From assembly GCA_964016885.1 (NCBI GenBank), contig OZ024748.1:434001-498000 (forward strand): a stretch of DNA of 64,000 nucleotides, written 5' to 3'. This stretch comes from Eledone cirrhosa (lineage: Eukaryota). Position 1 is the stretch's first letter; each line of letters opens with the position of its first letter. Positions 14,467 to 30,900 of the stretch are shown piece after piece. The notes beneath the pieces are model-generated. The model was given only the letters and a program-made list of their open reading frames with translations. It was not told the origin of the DNA and made no database searches. The translations under genes were made by a program, and so were the position numbers.

Positions 14467-15580
14467 AAAAGAAATGGATAGGAAGACTAGGAAGCTATTG
14501 ACTATCTACAACATTTTCCACAAGAGGAGTGATGTCGATAGACTCTACTTAAAGAGATCTGAAGGTAGAAGAGGTCTTATCAGCATAGAGGACTGTGTTC
14601 AGATGGAGAAAAACAACCTACACAAATACGTGACTGACAGTAGGGAGCCAATGCTCAGAATTGTACTGAAGGAGAGGACAATAGACCAGGGGATGTACAA
14701 GGAGGAAATAACAAGGAGGGAGAGCAACCTTCAGGAAAAATCCCTTCATAGTACCTTCTTTGAGAAAAATGAATTTAGAGATCCACAGACATGGAACTGG
14801 TTAAAAAGAGGAGACCTTAAAAAGGCTACAGAAGGAATGCTAATGGCTGCGCAAGAGCAGGCCCTCAGAACCAAGTGGGTGAAACACCATATTTACAAGG
14901 AGGAGGCTAACCCACTGTGTAGGATTTGTGGAGAGAGAGAGGAGACTGTGGCTCACATTGTATCCGAGTGTAAACACCTAGCCCAGACTCACTATAAAGG
15001 CTGGAGACATGATGTGATGGGCAGCGTGATCCACTGGCACCTATGCAAAGTAAACAATTTACCACATTCTGAGAAGTGGTATGAGCATAAACCAGAGTCG
15101 GTGATGGAAAACGATCAGGTGAAGGTGCTGTGGGATTTTAGGATACAGACGGACAAGAAACTGGAGCACAATAGGCCTGACCTGGTGGTTTTGGACAAGG
15201 AAAAAAGATCGTGCCTAATTGTAGATGTAGCCTGCCCATTTGACACGAGAGTGCAAGAAAAGGAGAAGGAGAAAATTAACCGATACCAGGACTTAAAGTG
15301 GGAGGTAAAAAGGATTTGGAACTGCCATGAAGTCAGAGTCGTCCCGATTGTCATAGGCGCACTACGTACTATCTCAAAAAGTTTCCAAGGATGCTTAAAG
15401 AAAATTAGTCCAGCCCCGCTATTTGGAACACTTCAAAAGGCATGCTTGCTGGGAACAGCAAAAACCCTCCGATACGTCCTGAATATCTGAGGCTGCAGGT
15501 AGCGGCTTGATATTCATTTCAACAAACTTTCCAGTTAAATAACATCAATGACTGAGACTCAAAGAAAAATAATAATAATT
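14467..15580 (+). mobile_element. 5'-truncated R4/Dong-like non-LTR retrotransposon (RT C-terminus, CCHC, RLE)
   Basis: ORF 14474..15490: RLYLKRSEGRRGL, CRICGEREETVAHIVSEC, RHD, NRPDLVVLD, IVDVACP, EKINRYQDL, VVPIVIGAL. Ends in (TAA)n. Confidence 0.85.
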
Positions 15581-15715
15581 GTTTCTACGTTAGGCACAAG
15601 GCCAGCAAATACCCAGTGTATTACTGGTACTTTATTTTATCGACCCCGTAAGGATGAAAGGCAAAGTTAACCTCGGCGCCAAAGCATGGCATCCGACACT
15701 CTACCAATACTGCCA
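15578..15715 (-). mobile_element. tRNA-derived SINE
   Basis: Same SINE body as 4975-5085. Confidence 0.72.
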
Positions 15716-15749
15716 ATAAATAATAATGAAGATAATAACTCCGATGATT

Positions 15750-15788
<39 letters not shown>

Positions 15789-16702
15789 GTAATGATGATG
15801 GTGATAATAATGATGATGATCATGATGATGATGGTGATGGTAATGATGATGATGATTATGATTATGATGACGACGATGACGACGATGATGATGATGATGA
15901 TGATTATGACGATGATGATGATGATGATGATTATTATTATTATCATTATAATGATGATAATGATTATGATTATTATTATTATTATGATGACGATGATGAT
16001 GATGATGATTATCATTATGACGATAATGATGATGATAATGATGATGATAAACAACAAAAAATAAAAAAAAAACAGCAAAGAAAACAAACAACAAAGATTA
16101 GAAGAAAACGAAAGGAAAAAAACGGAAAAAAAAAAGGAAATGGCTGCTTTTCTGAAAGCGAGAAAATCATTTCAGAAAATTATCAAAGTTAATCGATAAA
16201 TCAATAACAGAACGGATGGTAAAATATCTAATAATGGAATATATTTTATTCTGACTAAACCCTCTTCAGTTTTATTCTGTGTCTCTGTCTCTCTTTGTAA
16301 TTTTACGCATGAACGTGTGTGTGTGTATATGTATGTGTGTGTATGCATGTATGTGTGTTTGTGTTTGTGTTTGTGTGTATGTGTGTATGTGTATATGTAT
16401 GTGTGTGTGTTTGTGTGTGTGTATATATGTATGTGTGTGTGTTTGTGTTTGTGTGTGGGTTTCTGTGTGTATGTACGTGTGTGTGTATATGTATATGTGT
16501 GTGTATAAGTATGTGTTTGTGTGTGGGTTTGTGTGTGTATGAACGTGTGTGTATGTGTATGAATGTGTGTGTATGTATGTATGTGTGTGTGTGTGTGTGT
16601 GTGTATGTTTGTGTGCATGAACGTGTGTGTATGTAATGTATGCATGTGTGTGTGTGTGTGTTTGTGTATGAACGTGTGTATATGTATATGTATATGTATA
16701 TT

Positions 16703-17100
16703 CAGTATCGGAAGAGCGTCGGACAACATGCTTCGCAGCATAGAGTTATGGGCCTTTACGTTCTGAGTTCAAATCCCGCAGAGGTTAACTTTGCCTTTCA
16801 TCCTTACAGGGTCGATAAAATAAAGTACCAGTAATGCACTGGGGTAATTTCTGGCCTTGTGCCAAAAGTAGAAACAATTATTATTATTATTGCTAAAGAC
16901 AGCGGGTTGGTAGAATCGGTAGAGCGTCGGACAATATACTTCGCAGCATAGGGTTACGGCCCTTTACGGCCTGAGTTCAAATCCCGCCGAGGTTAGCTTT
17001 GCCTTTCATCCTTACCGGGTCGATAAAATAAAGGACCAGTAATTTACTGGGTAATTGCTGGCCTTGTGCCAAAAGTAGAAACAATTATTATTATTATTAA
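16703..17100 (+). mobile_element. Two tandem tRNA-derived SINE copies
   Basis: Head AGAATCGGTAGAGCG, B-box GAGTTCAAATCCC, shared body and (TTA)n tails; copies at ~16703-16890 and ~16895-17100. Confidence 0.82.
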
Positions 17101-17224
17101 TGGTAGTATTTATTTGGCATTTGCAGCCATCTTGAATTTTATTATTTTATTTTATTTTATTTCATTTTCGATTCATATTATATATTTGCTGTAGTGTTTG
17201 TTCCTCATTATGTATATATATATA

Positions 17225-18382
<1,158 letters not shown>

Positions 18383-18486
18383 GATATATGTAGATATATA
18401 TATATCGGATGTTGATTTTCGTTAATTCCTGTGCTGAAATACGATTCTCGCTAATTTATATTTGTATATATATATATATATACACA

Positions 18487-18687
<201 letters not shown>

Positions 18688-18817
18688 ATATGTATCTTCT
18701 TTGTATAATCATTTGTTCAGATATGGCTGAATTTCTTCCGAAAATAAACTAGAGGGCCGTTGGCAAATATAGACAAGTGAGGTCACGTGTAATACACACA
18801 TTAGGTCTCTCTTTTTA

Positions 18818-18867
<50 letters not shown>

Positions 18868-19159
18868 ATCTATCTATATCTATCTATTTACCTATCGGCC
18901 GATCGATCTATATATCGGATTTTTATACATACATATATATAAACACACGCACCCAGACACAAGCATATCGATACACACACCTCATGCACATATTTCTTAA
19001 CACAATGGACAAATGAAGTTAAAAGAAAATTTGGAGAAGACTGGCTGGTGGAGAATCTTCGTAGTTTCGGGCGCTAAAGGCAATGGTACTTTTCACAGTG
19101 CAGCAATAACCCCTTAAGTTAGAGAGCTATTCTGGATAGGAATACAATGGCACATGTCA

Positions 19160-19259
<100 letters not shown>

Positions 19260-19260
19260 A

Positions 19261-19325
<65 letters not shown>

Positions 19326-19462
19326 ATGTATGTATATATATGTATATATATATACATATGTATATATATACATATATATGTATACATATATATATATATG
19401 TATATATATGTGTGTGTGTGTATATATATGTATATATATATATGTATATATATATGTAAATA

Positions 19463-19546
<84 letters not shown>

Positions 19547-19547
<1 letters not shown>

Positions 19548-19952
19548 AGGAGGTGAGTTTTATTGTAGTATAATAAAGCAATGCAGATATCGGATAAGTA
19601 GCACTCTACAGTTTGTAGGACTGGAGTATAAATAATATATAAGATCAAAAGATGGTTAAAAGGGTCCAATGTATTTTATTATGCGCATTTCAAAAACAAA
19701 TATCATCATGCGAAGACATTTGCGTTTTCGCCAGATAAAATAGGGAGACATGATATGAAGGTTAAAAAAACACTTGTGAATAGTGCAGTTTTATATATTG
19801 ATTTAAAACTGCACTATTCACAAGTGTTTTTTAACCTTCATATCATGTCTCCCTATTTTATCTGACGAAAACGCAAATGTCTTCGCAATGATATTTGTTT
19901 TTGAAATGCGCATAATAAAATACATGGAACTCTTTTAACCATCTTTTGATCT

Positions 19953-19960
<8 letters not shown>
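19547..19960. mobile_element. Family I HHR element, fold-back
   Basis: Arms ~19633-19795 and ~19800-19960. HHR on + at 19854-19922: TATTTTAT-CTGACGA..GAAA-TGCGCA-TA-ATAAAATA. Other copies at 22345-22510 and 41700-42090. Confidence 0.8.
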
Positions 19961-20050
<90 letters not shown>

Positions 20051-20085
20051 ATATATATATACATATATATATACATATATATATA

Positions 20086-20147
<62 letters not shown>

Positions 20148-20234
20148 AACATATATATGTATATATATACATATATATATACATATATATACATACATAT
20201 GTATATATATATATATGGATATATATATATATAA

Positions 20235-20300
<66 letters not shown>

Positions 20301-20326
20301 ATATATATATACATATATATATGTAT

Positions 20327-20389
<63 letters not shown>

Positions 20390-20392
<3 letters not shown>

Positions 20393-20759
20393 GGTGAACA
20401 CAAAAACACTCCGAGCTTGATTATTGCATTGATATTTGCCGAGCGACAAAAGGGGCAAATATCGAGTGTCAACCGATACCGCATGAGACTTTGTTAGTTT
20501 ATGTAACTGTAGCCACCAATATTGTAAGAATATTTATTTAAGTTTTTCATATTATATATAGTTTACAATAAATCGTTTTCGAATAAGAAAACAGATAAGC
20601 GTAACTGAAGAAGTTATTACAGTTCAAAATATTAGATTTATTGCAGTAAATTACTCAAATGGCGACCTACAATTCTATTTGTATGAAATTCTTAGACGCT
20701 TAAGTAAACATATACACCAAATATATTGAATAAACCAAAGTTTTTGGTCTTCTATTCAA

Positions 20760-20760
<1 letters not shown>
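20390..20760. mobile_element. Possible Tc1/mariner end fragment
   Basis: TA|CAGGGTG terminus directly after (TA)n; no matching right end found. Confidence 0.35.
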
Positions 20761-20843
<83 letters not shown>

Positions 20844-20854
20844 GGGAGGGGTGT

Positions 20855-22163
<1,309 letters not shown>

Positions 22164-22174
22164 ATATCTATCTA

Positions 22175-22323
<149 letters not shown>

Positions 22324-22508
22324 ATACATATATATATATATAAGAAGAAATTAAAAGATGGTTAAAAAAGTTCCATCTATGGAACTTTTTTTAACCATTT
22401 TTTAACCATCTTTTAATTTCTTATATATACTCCAGTCCAATAAACTGTTGAGTGCTACTTATCCTATTTTTGTATTGCTTTATTGTTCTATAATAAAACT
22501 TACCTCCT

Positions 22509-22544
<36 letters not shown>

Positions 22545-22808
22545 TTTATATATACACATATATACACATATATATATATATATATGTGTATATACACACG
22601 CTAAATCTATTTTTTAACTACTATAAATGACATACCAATAACATTAAGACAATGTATTGTCGCCTGAACTACGTAATAGAGTAATAAAGTTATACAAACA
22701 CACATATATACTCGTATATATATGCATTTATATGTCTGCATGTGTATATGTGTGTATAAGTGCGAAAACGATCGAAGATTTTTCGGTCCTATCCGATGAC
22801 TTCGTTTC

Positions 22809-22892
<84 letters not shown>

Positions 22893-22990
22893 AAGTAATT
22901 AAGTTAAATATTTAAGATTTGGCTTCGTTTATTAAAGATGTACTACTATATATATTTCGGTGACTATATATATATATATATATAAGGAAC

Positions 22991-25107
22991 ATGGATAGAT
23001 ACCCTTTGGATTACTCTGTAAAGAATATCCTAGCACCTTCTAACACTCTCTACACGAAAATACTGATAGACAAAGTAGAGAAGGTTGTTAAAAGAATGAG
23101 ATGGAAAGCTTTGATTCTCGATGGACACTTTAACACGGATTCTACGGAATATTTTGACATTAAAACTCATAAATACCCGCAAAGAGTAAAAGATATGACC
23201 GCTTTTGAATTAGACCTAGTTAACCTAATCAACAATATCAATTTTCGTAAGTACTCTAACCCTTTTCAATCTAAACTATCTAATGATATTTCAACATTCA
23301 AATCTTCTAATAATAAGTTCATCTTCTCCGATAAAACTAAAAACCTATATGAAGTTAACAATAATTTACACGACCAACTATTAGATAATATCACCTCTAA
23401 ATACCAAATAGCTAATATAAACACGTATCGTAATATAAATAAGGAAGCTAAAGAATTAGCTGTTTCTTTAAAAATAGATAATAGGACAGAAAAACTTGCT
23501 AAACGTAATGCGTACATCACCCTTAAAGATCACAATCCCGACTTTATTAATCGTCCTAGTTGTAGATTAATCAACCCTGCTAAGACTGATATTGGTCTTG
23601 CCAGCAAAAAAATTTTAAATAATATAAATACACACATTAGAAGTAAGTCTAAATTACTCCAATGGATAAATAGCTCTTCCGTAGTACATTGGTTTAATAA
23701 TATTAAAAACAAAAATAGTTCTAGATTCACCTAATTTGACATTGTAGATTTCTACCCATCTATCACTCAGACCCTTTTAGCGAAAGCTTTAAATTTCGCT
23801 AGAAGGTTTACTAATATCTCCGATATTGAAGAGAATGTCATCTTGCACGCTAGAAACACTCTACTCTTTACTGATAATGACACTTGGGTAAAAATATCTA
23901 ACCCAGAGAGCCCATTCGATGTCTCAATGGGCTCTTATGACAGTGCTGATGTTTGTGATTTGGTCGGCCTATTCCTCCTACATACACTTAAAGAAAAATT
24001 TCCTAACCATATTTTTGGGCTTTATCGCGACGATGGTCTAATACTTTCCCATACCACCATAGGCCATAACTTAGATAGATTAAGGAAAGACTTAATAAAT
24101 ACCTTCGCTAGTTTTAATCTTAAAATTACTATTGACACTAACCTTTCCAATGTAGATTTCCTAGATATAAACCTAGATTTGCCTACTGCTTCTTATAAAC
24201 CATACCATAAACCTAATGAAAACTTAAAATATATAAATAAAGGTTCTTGCCATCCTCCTATAGTTTTTAAAAACTTTATCCCTAATATTAGCCGTAGGAT
24301 CTCCACCCTCTCTTCCTCAGAAGCTATTTTTAATAAGGCATCCCCCTACTATAATAAAGCCCTCCAAAATAGCGGTTTTAGCGAACCGATTAAATACATA
24401 CCCAACTATACTAACTCTATTAAACATAAAAACAGGAAAAGAAAAATAATCTGGTTCACACCCCCCTACTCTCTAGCAGTTAAAACTAATGTAGGCAAAA
24501 AATTCCTAGAGCTCCTAGATAAATATTTCCCTAGAACACATAGATACTATAAGATCTTTAACAGAAACTGTGTCAAAATTAGCTATTCCTGCGGTCCCCC
24601 TATTAAATCCTATATCATCAACAAAAAATCACCTAGAGAAAATCAAAATTGCTCCTGTAGAATCAAAAGTGAATGCCCTTTACAAGGTAAATGCAACACC
24701 AAAGCCATTGTATATGCGGCTAAAGTGACAACCATCAGCAACAACCATCCAGCCACCAGTGAACGATATGTGGGTATGACGCAAGACAAATTCAAAACGC
24801 GTTATTACTCACATGTCGCATCCTTTCGACATCCAGAAAAAAGATTTACAACAGCTCTGGCTAGCAGAATTTGGGATTTGAAAGACCAAGGCATCCAATT
24901 TTGAACCAATCTAAAGAATATGCAAGAGGAACAAAAAAATGCACACTTTGCATAAATGAAAAATATTGGATCTTGCAAAATCTTAAATCACCAAAGACCT
25001 GCCTGAACACAAAGACGGAAATTTTCACCAGTTGCCCACACATGAAATCACACCTGCTTTCCAGCTCATATAAACTTAACACACTTTCAGATACTTATCC
25101 TCCATAA
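22991..25107 (+). mobile_element. Penelope-like retroelement RT + GIY-YIG ORF, pseudogenised
   Basis: KRMRWKA, SDKT, RLINP, in-frame TAA at 23732 then FDIVDFYPSI, MGSYDSADVCDLVG, GLYRDDGL, FLD, CSC..CPLQGKC..IVY..YVGMT..FKTRYYSH. Frameshift ~24900 into CTLCINEK..LNTKTE..CPH. Possibly Naiad-type (not verified). Confidence 0.9.
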
Positions 25108-25171
25108 ACTCTTATTATTCTCTTTATAATTACCCTTTCTGATTTACTTTCATTTTTATCCTTATTAATTT

Positions 25172-25441
25172 CATTTATTTTTATTTTTATTTTTATTTTT
25201 ATTTTTATTTTTATTTTTATTTTTATTTTTATTTTTATTTTTATTTTTATTTTTATTTTTATTTTTATTTTTATTTTTATTTTTATTTTTATTTTTATTT
25301 TTATTTTTATTTTTATTTCTATTTTCATTTTCATTTTCATTTTCATTTTTATTTTTATTTTTATTTTTATTTTTATTTTTATTTTTATTTTTATTTTTAT
25401 TTTTATTTTTATTTTTATTTTTATTTTTATTTTTATTTTTA
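25172..25441. repeat. (TTTTTA)n hexamer array in the PLE 3' region
   Basis: About 45 near-perfect units. Confidence 0.95.
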
Positions 25442-25939
25442 CTTCACATCCACCAATAACCCCCCCCTTTATTCTCCGATTCACTTACCTAATATCTTCA
25501 CTTTCCATTTTTTACTTCCCTATTTTCTTCACTAACTGATTACACTAGTCACTTGCGTTTTCCACTCCAGATATTTTTATTTTTATTATTATTATTTTTA
25601 TTTTTATTTTTTATTTTTGCGCAGCCAATCTTATAATTTTATATTTGTAAATACTTATCCACAAGTTTTTTACACCCTGTATCTACGTGTCTGAACGCCT
25701 TAATGTGTGTATACTTTCTATATATGTACACGAGCGCCTACGTATGTGCGCGAGCGTGCGTGTATATATATATATATATGTGTATGTGTATGTGTATGTG
25801 TCTTTATATCCGTGTTTTTACATCTAGGTTTTTGTTTTGTTTCTTTTTTCTTCCTCCCTTTTTTTACATCCTCATTTTTATGCGTGTGCATGCAAACAGG
25901 TCAATATGCGTGAGTGTAAGTATGTGTGTGTGTGTGTGT

Positions 25940-25982
<43 letters not shown>

Positions 25983-26510
25983 TATCGAATGTATGGATGT
26001 GTAAGTGTGCGTGTGTATATAAGCATGTATATTTTTGTGTTTCTTTTGTGAGATATACGTGTGTGTGTATGCGTGTACCTCTTTTGTCTTCTTTTCTTTA
26101 ATTTTTTCTTTCTAAATTATTGTTCCATTTTTATAAATATATCGAGATTGATACTTTCCTTTAATTATTACACTCTCTTACCTCTTTTACTTCAGCATAT
26201 AAGTGTACGTGTGTGTAGGTGTGTTTATGCGCGTGCCTTCATATTCTTATGATGTATCTATTCTGTCTGTAGTTTACAGATACACAGATACATTTTCCCT
26301 AAAATATATATTTACGCACACTTTTTCACTATACGTATACATTTGTGCATACACATATATGCACATCTGTGAGCGTATATACATACATATACACACACCT
26401 AACTATATTTCTTGAAAGATTTTTATATATTTCATATTGTAATTCATTTGTCTATATATTTTTTTTTGCTTTTCTTGATGAGACTTTCCAAGTATTTACC
26501 CATGTTTTAT

Positions 26511-26588
26511 ATTGCCTCGTCTGACGAACGAATGAAGACGTTTCTTTCGTATTCGTCTCATTCGGGAAACCTCTGGTAATGAGGTAAT
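26511..26588 (+). ncRNA. Type I hammerhead ribozyme, family C
   Basis: ATTGCCTCGT-CTGACGA-ACGAATGA..TCATTCGG-GAAA-CCTCTGG-TA-ATGAGGTAAT; 10-bp stem I; followed by (TA)n. Confidence 0.8.
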
Positions 26589-26669
26589 TATATTGTATTG
26601 ATTTTTATACATTATATATATATATATATAGTTAAATATTAGACAGGAACAAAAAACAGAGAGGCAGAT

Positions 26670-26709
26670 AGATAGATAGACAGATAGATAGATAGATAGA
26701 TAGATAGAC

Positions 26710-26775
<66 letters not shown>

Positions 26776-27060
26776 CAGATAGATAGATAGTTAGATAGAC
26801 AGACAGATAGATCGATAGATAGATAGATATGTTTCTTTATTAGCCACAGGGGCACAAAAGAAGGGGACAAATACAAAGGGGGAAGTTTACATACAATAAA
26901 AACATGTAAAATGTTATCACAAATGCAATAGATAGCTAAACATTAAGATATCTATAAAATATCTACCTTAGTCTATGTTGTAGAAGTAGAACAATGGGTG
27001 TAGGATAAAAAACTGGTAGGACAAAGAAGTCTCTTACACCAGATCTATTTTCTGATATTG
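26670..27060 (-). mobile_element. LINE 3' tail with (TATC)n
   Basis: Minus TTGTGCCCCTGTGGCTAATAAAGAAAC then (TATC)n; matches + copies at ~51165-51280 and ~51440-51600. Confidence 0.6.
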
Positions 27061-27129
27061 GCAGTAACACATTACAGACCTCCTCCACCTTCTACATCTT
27101 GCATTACTATAATAATTACTATTACTATT

Positions 27130-27516
27130 AGCTGTTTTGGTGTTGTGGTGGTCGTGGTGGTTGTTGTTATTGTTGTTGTTGTTAGTGTTGTGGTGGTGGT
27201 GGTGGTGGTGGTTGTTGTTGTGGTGGTGGTTGTTGTTGTGGTTGTTGTGGTTGGTGTTGTGGTGGTGGTGGTGGTTGTTGTTGTTGTTGTTGTTGTTAGT
27301 GTTGTTGTGGTGGTGGTGGTTGTTGTTGTTGTTAGTGTTGTGGTGGTGGTGGTGGTGGTTGTTGTTGTGGTTGGTGTTGCGGTGGTGGTGGTGGTTGTTG
27401 TTGTTGTTGTTGTTGTTAGTGTTGTGGTGGTGGTTGTTGTTGTTGTTGTTAGTGTTGTGGTGGTGGTGGTGGTGGTGGTGGCTGTTGTTGTTGTTGTGGT
27501 TGTTGTTATTGTTGTT

Positions 27517-27561
<45 letters not shown>

Positions 27562-27735
27562 CTTCTTCTTCTTCTTCTTCTTCTTCTTCTTCATCATCAT
27601 CACCTTCCAAATACTACTACTACTACCAGCACCAGCACCACCATCACTACTACTACTACTATTACTATTACTACTATTACCACCATCACCACTACCACCA
27701 CCACCACCACCACCACCACATCACCACCATCACTG

Positions 27736-27794
<59 letters not shown>

Positions 27795-27830
27795 GTTATA
27801 GTTGTTCATATTTCTGTTGTTGTTGTTGAT
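27130..27830. repeat. Compound trinucleotide array (GTT/GGT/CTT/CAC/TAC)
   Basis: Seen directly. Confidence 0.95.
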
Positions 27831-27896
27831 TTAATATACTTAATATATTTTGATATGAATTAATGTTATTTCGTCTCTTGTACTTACTTTTATATA

Positions 27897-27898
27897 AC

Positions 27899-27942
<44 letters not shown>

Positions 27943-30900
27943 TTTTCTTTATTAACCACAAGAGTTTACATAAAGTAGACATTAAGGACAGTACAGGACA
28001 ATACAGGACGGTACAAATGAGCATTTCTGCGTGTAAAAAAAAACCAGAGGATGTAATAAAAAATAACAATGAAAAATTCCCCAATAGGGTGGAAACTTCC
28101 GAGGGACATTTGTGGAGAAAGCCCATTAAAAGGCCACAGTGACCCTGACCACCAGTTTGCCCTCTCCCAGTTTTCCACCTTTAATTTACAGACACCATAC
28201 TCAGAGTATGCCCATTCACTCGGGCCATACTTGCTTCTCTCACCCATCTTTCAACAAAATGCTGGGAAGAGAGCACTTCCCTCTCTACCCTGATTTTCCT
28301 TTTCAAATGAAATTTGAAAAAGTTAATCAGGGCATCACCGAAGAGGTAAGTGCTCGTCTTCAGCCCTTTCAAACGTGTCCACCATACTATCTCTTTCGCC
28401 ATGGCCACCAGACAGATAAATACTGCCTGCCCTTTCCGGCTAAAGGAAGAGGGCGGGGCAATCCTCACGATGGACTCAGCTGATAGCTGGATCCGTCCTA
28501 CACGTGACAGTAGGTGTTCGACATAAACCCACAAGTCAGCAATGCTCGGACACTGGACGAGTGCGTGCAGGACGGTTTCGTCGCCCTGCGCGCATCTCAG
28601 ACATGCCCGGCTGACGGCACCTCCATGCCTGTAGAGTTTATCCCGAACTGGCAAAGCTCCATGGTAGCACTGCTAGGCCAGGGATTTCTGGAAGTTGTCC
28701 TTAGGCCCCGGCCCGAAAGTCCTTCCAAAGAGATTGGCTAGTTGATTTTCGTCGACGCCTAGATTTTCTCCAAGTACGTCGTCGCTCCTCCCCTCCACTA
28801 ATCCTCTATAGAACGCCAAGGTGGAGTTTCCACCGATCACATTGCCCGATTGGTCGAGGGCTGTGAGCGCCTGAAGACATTCCAGTCTCCAAGCGCTCCC
28901 TCTCGGTCTTCGCTTGACCCAGGACTGCAGCTCCGTCAAGGAGACGAGCTGGGGAAAGACGTGTCTAGCAAACGGCGACCACACCTGATCACCGTCGAGG
29001 AAGAGGTGGAGATGTCGTAGCCTGAGCGCGTGTCTGCGCATCATCAGCCACGGCATTCCCAGCCCTCCACGTAGCGGGTGTTGACAGCAGATGGACCGCC
29101 TGACCATCGGAGCGCGTCCCTTCCACAAAAAGCGAAAGAGCAAACGCTCCAGCGCAGTCAGGCGGGGCTTAGAACAAGGTACGACGGTCAGGCGGTAGTA
29201 GATGACGGACGCGATGTACGCGTTAGCCACCTCCGCTCGACCTTTCAGGGATAGCTTCCTCTCCGCCTATTTCTGGGTGAGAGAAGCCACCCTGCTCGTC
29301 ACCTCGTCCCAGCTTTTGCCCGTCTGGAGGTCCGGACCGAACCAGACCCCTAGCAATTTAACCGGTCCAGCGCCCGACGACGCTGTTGGACAGCATGGAC
29401 CTGCCTCTCCAGGTGCCGAGCTGCAGGCCCACTGACTTTTCCTGGTTGATCATTGCTCCTGTCACCGCTTCGTATTCTCTTAGTGTAGTGCCGATCGCCT
29501 CGATGTGTTTGGCGTTCGACACCACTACAGTGACATCGTCCGCATATGCTGACATGGATCTTCCGCATCCTAGTTCGCGCGGGACCCCCTCAACGTCTCC
29601 AGTTTGTGCAGTAATGGCTCGAGAGTCAATACGTAGAAGAGAGACGAGAGGGGACATCCTTGGCGGACCGAGCGCATGATGTTGAACGGTTCCGAAAGGT
29701 AACCGTTCACTCTCACCACGGAGCAGATGTCGCTGTGCATGGCAGCGATCCAGCCTCTGACGACGGGCCCAAAGCCAGCCGCCCTCAGGACTGCCGCTAG
29801 GTAACGATGGTCGACCCTATCGAAAACTTTCGACTGATCTAAATTGATCAAGGACCCACCTGTGCCAGGTTCCCTAGCTACCCTCTCTACGATGTATCGC
29901 ATGAGGTGGAGGTTGCCGTGGATGGATCTGTCGGGAATGGCGCACGTCTGCGCCTCTCCCACCAGACCACCAACGACAAGCGCCAACCTCTTTGCTAGCA
30001 CCTTGTGTTTAGCAGAGTTATGGGCCTGAAATTATCTATGTTAACCCCTTTGTTCGGATCCTTTCTCAGCAGCGTCACAGCTCCTCGGCTCACAGAGCTG
30101 GGAATTCTCCCGTTCTGTTGACAGTTGCAGTAGACGTCCGCCAAGAGGCCTCCGAATAAGTCTGGCATCTGTACGTAAAGTTCATAGGGCAGACCATCCA
30201 AACCAGGCGATTTACCCCTTGTGCAGCCAGTCATTGCCTCCCGTACTTCAGCGGCTGTTATCGGCTTTTCGCAACACTCCGCCTCAGTGGCCGAGAGCCG
30301 CGGCAGTCCGTCGAGGTAGACACTAAAGTCCATCCCTCGATTCGGCCCGCCGCTGCCTCCGAACAGCTAGGCGAAGTGTCGCTGGAAAGCTTCACACATT
30401 TGCCCGGGATCGAGTAGCATGCGCCCGTCGTGGTCCACCAAAACCGGATCGTGGCTTTGTTGCCACGACGCGCCTCCGCCACTCGGGCCCATTGAACGGC
30501 TTTCATCCCCTCGTGTCTGAGAGCACGCACCCTAGCTTTGACAACGCAGCCTTCGTGCTTTGCATTGAAGAATTGGTCAAGGGCCAATTTCGCTGCAAGT
30601 ACGTCGGTCGCGATGCCTTTGCTAAGCGCCTCGTCTAATTTTCTAACTAATTCTCCCTCTGCTCTATTTTTTTCTATTGCTAAAGCCTTACTAAACCTAA
30701 TGGACTCTATTCTAATCGCTCTTTTCAGAGCAAACCACCACTTGTTGTTGACGATGGCCCCCGTCAACGCCCGCTTAACTAGTTCGCACACAGATCACGA
30801 ATTTGTGGTCCGTGTAGCTGACTATCTTGAATTGTGGACAGCCTATGCTAGACCTATCTATTTCCCTACAAAATACTCTATCTAGATATGATCTGGATGA

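Noticed and set aside
23732-24904. In-frame stops in the PLE as selenocysteine or programmed recoding
   Set aside because: The first stop is TAA at a position where Gln is expected. The TGA at 24902 coincides with a frame change, consistent with ordinary decay.
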